The notes beneath the pieces are model-generated. The model saw only the letters and a program-made list of their open reading frames with translations, was not told the origin of the DNA and searched no databases. Both the position numbers and the translations under genes were made by a program. Below are positions 30,041-37,919 of a DNA stretch of 64,000 nt, piece after piece; within the stretch, counting starts at the first letter, position 1, and the number at the start of each line of letters is the position of its first letter. The stretch lies in IMG/VR virus record IMGVR_UViG_3300017991_003989, positions 5,960 through 69,959 of that record, one strand, 5' to 3'. The stretch comes from a virus.

Positions 30041-30913
30041 ATGTCGAAGTTTAAGTTGTTCGTGGTCGCTGCGTTGTCGTGGTTCTTGATCTCTAGTTCA
30101 GGAGCAAGCATCACATTCGATGCAGCTGAGCGACAGACGTTTTACTCGGCTGTGGTAACATCGGCCGTCCTTACTAGCGCCGTCGATGACATGCCCATTG
30201 AAGCTGTGTCCCACAGTGATGCCGTAGCGAAGAGAAACGCGAGAGCTGCTCGTTCCGCAGTCTTCATTCGTGAAGATGTAGAGATAAAGGATATTCGTGG
30301 AAATGAACGAGAAGTAAAGGGAGCATCGACGGGCTCCGGTACTGTCATCGCGGTGAGGTGGGATGGCAAGTCTAGTCTTATCCTAACAGCACATCACGTC
30401 TGCACTAATTCTTATGATGTCGGTGATGTCGTGGTATATGATAGGTTCGTGATAACATCGACAGTCAAAAAGTTGGTGACGTTCGATGGCGATGAGATGG
30501 ACGTCCGCGTGTTACATGAAGATAGAGATAACGACCTTTGCGTCATGGAAGCTGACGGAAAGGCGGGTCTCGTCGCTCCATTGACATCGTATTATCCTCC
30601 TCTCGGCGCTAGCGTATACACAGCGGGAGCGCCGTCTGGACAGTGGGGCAAGGGGACAGCAAACATAGTCATGGGCATCTTTTCTGGCGTAGTAGAAGAA
30701 GACATAAGTTATAGCGGTTATGTAGGAAAGAAGTTTCTTCAGTGTTCGATACCGACCATCGGTGGGATGAGCGGCTCTAGCATATATTACAGGGGCAAAG
30801 TCATCGGTGTGTTGGTTGCTGGTCATACATCGTATGAACACCTCATGTATGGTCCAGGTCCTGGCGTTACGAAGAAGGCCGTTGAGGCGGCCATGGAAAT
30901 TTGGAATAAATGA
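30041..30913 (+). CDS. Trypsin-like serine protease with signal peptide
   Basis: GSGTVI, LTAHHV (His), DLC (Asp), GGMSGS (Ser); hydrophobic N-terminus. Confidence 0.85.
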   Translation: MSKFKLFVVAALSWFLISSSGASITFDAAERQTFYSAVVTSAVLTSAVDDMPIEAVSHSDAVAKRNARAARSAVFIREDVEIKDIRGNEREVKGASTGSGTVIAVRWDGKSSLILTAHHVCTNSYDVGDVVVYDRFVITSTVKKLVTFDGDEMDVRVLHEDRDNDLCVMEADGKAGLVAPLTSYYPPLGASVYTAGAPSGQWGKGTANIVMGIFSGVVEEDISYSGYVGKKFLQCSIPTIGGMSGSSIYYRGKVIGVLVAGHTSYEHLMYGPGPGVTKKAVEAAMEIWNK

Positions 30914-31755
30914 CAAGAGAGAACGCGCATTACCGTTCCATAACAATAAGGGACGTCGATGAGAGCATTCGCGATTGGTTTCGTGATAGGGTTGACGTGC
31001 ACGTAAAGACGCCGACTGACGAGCTGAAGAAGGTTCCTGTTCTTTTCGCTTCCGGTGAGCGGTGGGCGACGAATAGGGATCAACGCGGGATAAGAGACAA
31101 GAATGGTTTGCTAATTCTCCCTCTCATCAGCATAAGACGTGTTAGCATGGAGCGTACCAAGGATAGGATGGCACTCGGCGTTGAGAAGGAAACCATGACT
31201 ATCGCGAGGCGTGTAGATAAAAAGTCAAACACAATACAGAATGCGATATCAGAGAGAGAAGCGCCGTTTAGAGCAAAAGATGATAAGGTAGTATACGAGA
31301 TAACGACCATACCGTATCCAGATCATTTCACGACGACATATGAAGTGATTTTCTGGGCACAATATATCGGGCAGATGAATACGATGATAGAGAAGGTTTT
31401 CGACAGTTTTGACCTTCAGAGCTCGTTCGTCATGCCGATAGCGGAGACGCGGTTCGAAGGAAATCCTAAAGATGATAGGGACTTCGAGGAGAGGAAGCCG
31501 CTCGTCGGAAGGACGTATTTCGTGGGATACGTAGACACCGATGTTTCAGACGCTGGGAATTTTGAGGAGTTTACGGACCAGGAGAGAATAGTTAGGTATT
31601 CATTTAACGTAGAAGTTCCGACGTACCTTGAGCTTGAAACTGACGGTGAGAGACCCGTCCCACAGAGAAAATACACGTCATATCAGATTAGCATGGGCGA
31701 CGAGAGCGTTACTTTCGTTGATGATCCAGAAGAATTAGATAAGATTTTTTCCTAA
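30910..31755 (+). CDS. Tail terminator / sheath stabilizer (gp15-like)
   Basis: ITIRDVDESI, KVPVLFASGERW, LPLISIRR, IPYPDH; precedes sheath. Confidence 0.7.
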   Translation: MTRENAHYRSITIRDVDESIRDWFRDRVDVHVKTPTDELKKVPVLFASGERWATNRDQRGIRDKNGLLILPLISIRRVSMERTKDRMALGVEKETMTIARRVDKKSNTIQNAISEREAPFRAKDDKVVYEITTIPYPDHFTTTYEVIFWAQYIGQMNTMIEKVFDSFDLQSSFVMPIAETRFEGNPKDDRDFEERKPLVGRTYFVGYVDTDVSDAGNFEEFTDQERIVRYSFNVEVPTYLELETDGERPVPQRKYTSYQISMGDESVTFVDDPEELDKIFS

Positions 31756-31800
31756 TCTTTTCAAATTTTTAGTTTTTCTGTCTTCTTGGGCTTGAATTGT

Positions 31801-31807
31801 CTAGTTA
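31801..31807 (+). promoter_or_regulatory. TAnTTA candidate late promoter (CTAGTTA)
   Basis: Intergenic, upstream of the sheath gene. Confidence 0.55.
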
Positions 31808-31870
31808 TACACAGCTATACTAGTCGTCTATCATGTGTGCATTTGACGACCGTCATCAGGAGATATCTCA

Positions 31871-34234
31871 ATGGCTCAGAAGTTCATTAGTCCGGGCATT
31901 TTTACCACTGAAATCGACCAAAGTTTCGTAGGACAGGCGCCAGCGGGCGTAGGAGCTGTCATTGTTGGCGGTGCCGAGAAGGGTCCGGCATTTGAGCCCG
32001 TGAGGCTCGCAAATTTTCAAGAACACTTAGAGCGTTTTGGAAATCTGAACGTTCTCCACCAGGCATCATATGCCTCGAGGAACTATCTCGCTAACTCTGG
32101 TATCATGCATCGCGTGAGAGTTCTTGGTCATGACGATGGGACGGGTGTGAACAACGGATATCAAGTGGGAGGAATAACGGGAATAACAGACGCATCAGGC
32201 TCAGATGACGTGACAGGTTCGATCATGGCCGTCATTCATCACTCCGGTACGTCTAGCGAGCTATCTGTTGTAGGAGTTTCGGATGACGGCGACAGGTTCG
32301 TTTTTACGATCGGAACTTTCTCAGCAACAGCATCGTTCTTGACAAGTTCGGCAGATTACATAGAGAAGGTCCTCAATACCGACCCGACGCGATACACGAC
32401 AGATAATCACTATCTCTACCAAACCTTTAAATACACGCCAGTGGCAGCGAGCGCGTCTTGGCATCTAGTGGCTGTGTCGGGAGCAGATGACCTGACGCTG
32501 AATGATTTTCAGAAAAACTACGCTGGAGGCTCGACGCCGTGGGTGAAATCGCAGCTCATTGGAGCTAACGAATATGATCTTTTTAAGTTTCATACGAGAG
32601 CACATGGCCGTGTGACTAACGATGAGCTGAAGATTTCGATAAGAAACGTCAGACCGTCAATAAACACAGAAGCAACTCCGTACGGAACATTTGATTTAGC
32701 GGTAAGGAGCTTCTACGACACAGACCTTAGACAAGAAGTTCTTGAGACATTCGCTAATTTGACTTTGGACCCGAACGACAAGAACTACATTGCTCGTCGC
32801 ATCGGAGACCAAATTGAGACATTTGATACTGATGAAAGAAAGATGGCCAAGGTCGGTGACTACGCGAACAAGTCCAATCACATTCGTGTAGAGATAAACA
32901 AGAACAACGGTTCTCCGCCAGAGGCACTTCCATGGGGATTTCGTGGATACACGAAGATGCTATACTCTGGTTCTGATACAGATGAAGGCGAAGAAACGAC
33001 GACATTGTATCAAATTGATGATATGACGTATACTCCAAACATGAGAGATAAAAATTCTGTCTGGAATGCAGGCATTCACTGGGGTGTCCTCTTTGTTTCG
33101 GGTGGCGTTGTAGACAGGATGAGAGCCGTTCCGAACCTAGACACAGCGGCGAAATTGCTCCTGACGGGCTCAGATGCTGATTTTTCATTGAAACACCTGT
33201 CGGGAACTTACGAAAGCGGCAAACTTCGCTACCACTACAATACAACACAGGAAGATTACGCGCCAATTTACGGCTCGGCGTCACTGCAACAATTCACTAT
33301 GCCACTTGAAGGTGGTTTTGATGGTTTCGATTTTCGCACTGAAAATTCGCTTGACGTGTCGAATACTGCAGCTGACACTAACTTCGTCGTAACTTCGATG
33401 AAGAGAGCACTTGACGTCATCGCTGATCCTGATTTTATCGATGCAAACTTGCTTGTTGTTCCCGGCGTGCACAACACTGTCGTCACCGACCATGCTAGAA
33501 ATGTTGTTAACGACCGCAGAGACATGATTTACATCATGGATATCACGGGCTCGACGGTCACGCAAGCGATTGACAACTTGAAGTCGAGAAACATTGACGA
33601 CAACTACTCTGCTGTCTATTACCCAGATGTAAAAATCGATGATGAGGTGAACAACAGAGTGGTCAGAATTGCACCATCAGTCGTAGCTGCAGGCGCGATT
33701 GCTTATAATGACAAGATAGCGCAACCGTTCTTTGCACCAGCAGGAATGAACAGAGGTGGTTTAGATCAGTTTTCAGTCGTCGACGTCGTCGATAGGTTAA
33801 ACTACACGAATAGGAGTGACCTATATGATAACCGCATCAATCCCATCGCGTCATTCCCGAATGAGGGAATAACGATTTGGGGCCAAAAGACTATGCAAGT
33901 AGCGGCAAGTTCTTTGGACCGCATAAATGTTCGTAGGCTTCTCATTTTTGCAAAAAGGACTATCAAGGTTGCATCGAAAGAGTTAGTCTTTGAGCCGAAC
34001 AACAGTTCGACTTACACTAAATTCACGAACAAGGTTAATCCAATCTTGGAGAAAGTTCGTCAAGACCGAGGTATCGAGAGGTTCAAGGTTGTCATGGATG
34101 TGAACACAAACACTCCTGATGTCGTTGATAGGAATACGATGGTAGGAAAGATATTTCTTCAACCTACGAAATCGGTTGAGTTCGTCGACTTGCGTTTTAT
34201 CATAACGAACGCGGGCGTGCAGTTCGAAGAATAA
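31871..34234 (+). CDS. Contractile tail sheath protein (gp18-like)
   Basis: FISPGIFTTEID, KGPAFEP, FAPAGMNRG, RINPI, WGQKT, LDRINVRRL, QPTKSVEFV. Confidence 0.95.
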   Translation: MAQKFISPGIFTTEIDQSFVGQAPAGVGAVIVGGAEKGPAFEPVRLANFQEHLERFGNLNVLHQASYASRNYLANSGIMHRVRVLGHDDGTGVNNGYQVGGITGITDASGSDDVTGSIMAVIHHSGTSSELSVVGVSDDGDRFVFTIGTFSATASFLTSSADYIEKVLNTDPTRYTTDNHYLYQTFKYTPVAASASWHLVAVSGADDLTLNDFQKNYAGGSTPWVKSQLIGANEYDLFKFHTRAHGRVTNDELKISIRNVRPSINTEATPYGTFDLAVRSFYDTDLRQEVLETFANLTLDPNDKNYIARRIGDQIETFDTDERKMAKVGDYANKSNHIRVEINKNNGSPPEALPWGFRGYTKMLYSGSDTDEGEETTTLYQIDDMTYTPNMRDKNSVWNAGIHWGVLFVSGGVVDRMRAVPNLDTAAKLLLTGSDADFSLKHLSGTYESGKLRYHYNTTQEDYAPIYGSASLQQFTMPLEGGFDGFDFRTENSLDVSNTAADTNFVVTSMKRALDVIADPDFIDANLLVVPGVHNTVVTDHARNVVNDRRDMIYIMDITGSTVTQAIDNLKSRNIDDNYSAVYYPDVKIDDEVNNRVVRIAPSVVAAGAIAYNDKIAQPFFAPAGMNRGGLDQFSVVDVVDRLNYTNRSDLYDNRINPIASFPNEGITIWGQKTMQVAASSLDRINVRRLLIFAKRTIKVASKELVFEPNNSSTYTKFTNKVNPILEKVRQDRGIERFKVVMDVNTNTPDVVDRNTMVGKIFLQPTKSVEFVDLRFIITNAGVQFEE

Positions 34235-34264
34235 TCAGGGCATAGAGACTGGGAGAGATAGAAA

Positions 34265-34807
34265 ATGGCAGATACAGCAGTTTTAGGAATGGAGACCGCG
34301 AACTACGCGGCAACGCAGAAGGGGTATGCTGAGAGGGTTGAAGATGACCGCATCGAAAATGCAAATCGTGATAAGGTCGACGCATGGGCAGGAGCCGTAA
34401 CTGGTTCTTTCCAGTCAGTCTTCTACGTCTCTGGAGCGCTTGGCACGCATCTCGGCAATAGCGAGACGTATGGCGGAATAGCGGTGGCACAGGAGCACAG
34501 GGTCATAACTGAAGTAAGCCTCGTTTGCGCGACGACGGGAACTGCTGACGTTACGACAGTCGATGTTCTTCGACAGGAGACTGCTGGCTCAACTCCGACC
34601 ACAATTTTCGTAACTGATGACGTAAGACCATATATCTCTGCATCAAAAGATGCTACAAATACTTGGGACGTTGCATCCACTGCTACCATTTCTGGTTCAG
34701 CATGGGATAAGGGTCGCGTTCTGATTGTGAATGTCAAGGAAGTTGCTACTGGTGCGTCGGACGCTGCAGTCATCGTTCACTGGAAGCCTTCTGCTAGTTA
34801 CGCGTAG
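34265..34807 (+). CDS. Putative virion structural protein
   Basis: Beta-rich S/T/A/V composition; follows sheath. Confidence 0.55.
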   Translation: MADTAVLGMETANYAATQKGYAERVEDDRIENANRDKVDAWAGAVTGSFQSVFYVSGALGTHLGNSETYGGIAVAQEHRVITEVSLVCATTGTADVTTVDVLRQETAGSTPTTIFVTDDVRPYISASKDATNTWDVASTATISGSAWDKGRVLIVNVKEVATGASDAAVIVHWKPSASYA

Positions 34808-34865
34808 GGTGAATTTCTATAGCCCTGTGAGGGGACAATCAGCGTGATATAAAACGCTTCAACTC

Positions 34866-34897
34866 GAGGGGACGAATTGCGTCCCCTCCGTTGTTTT
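34866..34897 (+). terminator. Terminator-like hairpin
   Basis: GAGGGGACG-AATTG-CGTCCCCTC followed by CGTTGTTTT. Confidence 0.6.
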
Positions 34898-34910
34898 AGG
34901 AGAAAGAGGA

Positions 34911-35474
34911 ATGCCGTATTATAGCACAATTCAAGGAGCTTCTGGTTCTGACGGAGCTGACGGGGCTGACGGGGCTGACGGGGCTGACGGGGCTGACGGG
35001 GCTGACGGGGCAGCGGGTCCAACGGGTTCGACTGGACCGGGAGGTCAGACTGTCTGGGTTGCGGCATCGGATGCATCTGGTAGCGAATATGCCAATGGTC
35101 TATCATATGTTCCTCTACTGTCGGCATCTGCTCACCAGATTGAGTTTCAATACATTGCGCCTGAGACGGGAGACGTTGAAGTAAACGTCATCTACGCTAT
35201 GAGTGCGGCAGATACTGGGACTGTCGAGTGCCAGCTGGATTTCGCGACAATCGCCACAGGCAGCGCTCCAACTACGGGTTTCGTCTCACAGGATCCGTTC
35301 ATCGTAACTCCTGGCAACGACGCTAACATGCACGCAATAAACGCGTCAAACACGTCGTCGATGACATTCAGTCCAGCAGATGGCGACATCGTCTTATGCA
35401 CGTTTCAGAGGTTGGCATCGGCTAATGATACACATCCAGGTAGCATGAATATTATTGAAGTAAGGGTCAAGTAA
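34911..35474 (+). CDS. Collagen-like (Gly-X-Y) virion appendage protein
   Basis: GSD(GAD)6GAAGPTGSTGPG followed by a beta domain. Confidence 0.7.
   Translation: MPYYSTIQGASGSDGADGADGADGADGADGADGAAGPTGSTGPGGQTVWVAASDASGSEYANGLSYVPLLSASAHQIEFQYIAPETGDVEVNVIYAMSAADTGTVECQLDFATIATGSAPTTGFVSQDPFIVTPGNDANMHAINASNTSSMTFSPADGDIVLCTFQRLASANDTHPGSMNIIEVRVK
34962..35006 (+). repeat. Tandem repeat (GGGGCTGAC)x5
   Basis: Five perfect 9-bp units plus degenerate units upstream. Confidence 0.95.
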
Positions 35475-36056
35475 ATGTTGAATCGCAAAGACCAAAATTT
35501 TAAAGCGTTTTTCATCAAGGATTTTCTTAACGACCAAACGAGAAGCTGGACGAACGAAAAGTCGAACACTGATGACATAGAGTTATCGGCGTCTGTCGGC
35601 ATGGGTTCTGATGATGGAGATACTACTGTCGTTCTCATGGGCATGGGAGGGTTTAGAGACCAATACGCTTCTGCGAGATTAAAATTCATAAGCCCAACTG
35701 TAACAGGCTCTGAAGACATCGGTATCTGCATAAGAATATTGACAATGGATGCTCCCGACGCTGCATACTATTATGCTCGCGCCGATGGGGGCATCGCGAA
35801 GTTGACGAGAGTGAGCAGTGGGTCGTTCACGAACTTGTCACAGTCAGCATTCGCGCTTGCAGAAAATCAGTGGTGCAGAATTACATTACAAGCAGTGGGG
35901 AACGTTCTGTCGGCGTCATTTGTTGCCGACGGCGGAACGCCAGCAGCCGTAAATTTGACCGCCGTAGACAGCAGAATTCCGACTGGTGGGTCAATGTGCT
36001 TCAGGTCGATGAGCTCCACTGTCTTTTGTGAAAGCTTTACGGGCTCACAACTGTAG
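35475..36056 (+). CDS. Putative virion protein, concanavalin-like beta sandwich
   Basis: YYYARADG...NQWCRITLQAVGNVLSA...DSRIPTGG pattern. Confidence 0.5.
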   Translation: MLNRKDQNFKAFFIKDFLNDQTRSWTNEKSNTDDIELSASVGMGSDDGDTTVVLMGMGGFRDQYASARLKFISPTVTGSEDIGICIRILTMDAPDAAYYYARADGGIAKLTRVSSGSFTNLSQSAFALAENQWCRITLQAVGNVLSASFVADGGTPAAVNLTAVDSRIPTGGSMCFRSMSSTVFCESFTGSQL

Positions 36057-36064
36057 GACGAAAG

Positions 36065-37534
36065 ATGTTCGCGAAAAGGAAAAAGGGGCAAAGAGGAGAG
36101 GGAAAGGGCGTCGTTTGGCCAGACACGGGAACGTCAGTGCCATCTGATGATGTCAGAGATGTGTTCGGTCCCAGGCCGTTTAGCGCACACTTGTCTACTG
36201 TGGGGTACGATTACGATTTTCATCGAGGCGTAGACATAGGAGGATATAATCAGGGAGATAACGTCTATGCGTCGATAAACGGTGGGATAATAAGGCAACA
36301 CTACACACATTTCGGTTGGGAAGCAGACATTCAGATGGACCGCTGGGTAGAGATAGATGCTAGCGGTTCTGCGACATTTACAAGGCAGGGAGACAGTTAC
36401 TTAAGAGTGACAGGTGATAGAGTTGGGTCACAAGATTTAGTTACGGGAGCGGCGAGATATCAATCGAGAGATGTCTTGCAGCCCAAGGGTGATGATTGGC
36501 TCGTAGAGTGCGTGTTATCGGCCTCATACTCGTCAGTTACTGGCGCATTTGGTTTTGGTATTTACGATCCCACGACCGATGAGCACGCTACATTGGAATA
36601 TGATGGGGCGGATTTTACGATAAAGGGTGCGCACGTCAGCGGAACGATGGAAGTTGATGGGACGACTGACGCGACGGCCGGTAAGGTCTGGCTTCGTGTG
36701 GAGTGGGATGACAGTTTGGGGACGTTGAAGTGGAGACATTCTGATGATGGCGATAGCTGGACCGATATAACGACGACTGGGAGCGTCTATTGGTCTGGAG
36801 ATGACGCTGCGACATTCAATGTCGTGTTGTACTGGAAGTCTACTGACACTGATGCCGCGCAGGAGACTGTAGATATTGACTTTTTGGGTTGGATTGATGA
36901 CCAGACGATAGGACGTTTCGGAAATTGGATGTTGATAACGGACGGCGACAGGTCTTTTATGAGCGTTCATCTCAGGGAAATATCTTCGTCACTGGGAGAT
37001 TACGTTCACGCTGGACAGTTAGTCGCTCACGTGGGAACTACGGGTTTCGATACGACGTCAGGAAGAATAAGTTATCCACACATTCACTCAGAGTATCTGA
37101 CGAGCTCGACCTACCTTTACAACAATGCCTACGGACAAAATCCGCTGAGGCATGGCGTGTTGCCAAGAGCGTCGACGCTGACATCTCTGACTGTTAATCG
37201 TTTGGACTTAAAATTAGATCCTGGGAACTCCGGAAGTCAGGCTTTGGAGATAACGGCGAGCAGGGGAGCGAACCAAGCGTTCGACGTAAACTACGTCATT
37301 TTCACTGGTTCTAGCGGTCAAACGTCTTTCAATTTTGATACGAGAGATGGGTTGAATGCCAACAACGATATACCTTTTAACAATGGCGTCTACATCGTTC
37401 CTGAGAGTTTCGACGAGAATGACGACGCGTATATCATGACAGTATATTTCCACACTTCAAGTTACGGAGACACGTTTACTTCTGCGGCGATCCATGATAG
37501 TGACGGAAATGTTTTGTGGATCGAGGTCACTTGA
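36065..37534 (+). CDS. M23 metallopeptidase interrupted by an inserted beta-sandwich domain
   Basis: FHRGVDI (HxxxD) and VYAS near the N-terminus; GRFGNW...VHL...GDYVHAGQLVAHVGTTG...PHIH (HxH) about 200 aa later. Confidence 0.75.
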   Translation: MFAKRKKGQRGEGKGVVWPDTGTSVPSDDVRDVFGPRPFSAHLSTVGYDYDFHRGVDIGGYNQGDNVYASINGGIIRQHYTHFGWEADIQMDRWVEIDASGSATFTRQGDSYLRVTGDRVGSQDLVTGAARYQSRDVLQPKGDDWLVECVLSASYSSVTGAFGFGIYDPTTDEHATLEYDGADFTIKGAHVSGTMEVDGTTDATAGKVWLRVEWDDSLGTLKWRHSDDGDSWTDITTTGSVYWSGDDAATFNVVLYWKSTDTDAAQETVDIDFLGWIDDQTIGRFGNWMLITDGDRSFMSVHLREISSSLGDYVHAGQLVAHVGTTGFDTTSGRISYPHIHSEYLTSSTYLYNNAYGQNPLRHGVLPRASTLTSLTVNRLDLKLDPGNSGSQALEITASRGANQAFDVNYVIFTGSSGQTSFNFDTRDGLNANNDIPFNNGVYIVPESFDENDDAYIMTVYFHTSSYGDTFTSAAIHDSDGNVLWIEVT

Positions 37535-37559
37535 TATCATGAAAACAGATGCCGGATAA

Positions 37560-37566
37560 CTATTTA
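37560..37566 (+). promoter_or_regulatory. TAnTTA candidate late promoter (CTATTTA)
   Basis: Intergenic. Confidence 0.55.
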
Positions 37567-37589
37567 AGAGGAATAGAGGAAGAAAAGAA

Positions 37590-37904
37590 ATGCCATACAC
37601 ACCGAACAAGGTAATCACGGACGTAACAGGAACTCTCGTGGCAGCTGCCACCACTACGACTACGCTTCTCGGCGCAGAACCTCATAGGAAGATGGTATCC
37701 ATCTACAATGACAGCACTGCAGTAATGTTCATGAAGCTAGGTGGAGGTGCAGCATCGAATGATTTCACCATCAGGATGGCTGCTGATAGTTTCTATGAGT
37801 TGCCTGACAACGGAATGTACACAGGCTCCATAACTGCTGTCTGGGTATCTGCAACTGGCAGCGCTCAGGTTGCTCAGTTTACTGGTCCAATCGTTAATCC
37901 GTAA
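37590..37904 (+). CDS. Small beta-rich virion protein
   Basis: RKMVSIYNDSTAVMFMKLG...YELP...YTGSITAVW. Confidence 0.55.
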   Translation: MPYTPNKVITDVTGTLVAAATTTTTLLGAEPHRKMVSIYNDSTAVMFMKLGGGAASNDFTIRMAADSFYELPDNGMYTGSITAVWVSATGSAQVAQFTGPIVNP

Positions 37905-37919
37905 GGGAAGGGAGCTTAG

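Noticed and set aside
34944-35006. Repeat array as possible CRISPR
   Set aside because: 9-bp contiguous units without spacers, in frame within a collagen-like CDS.
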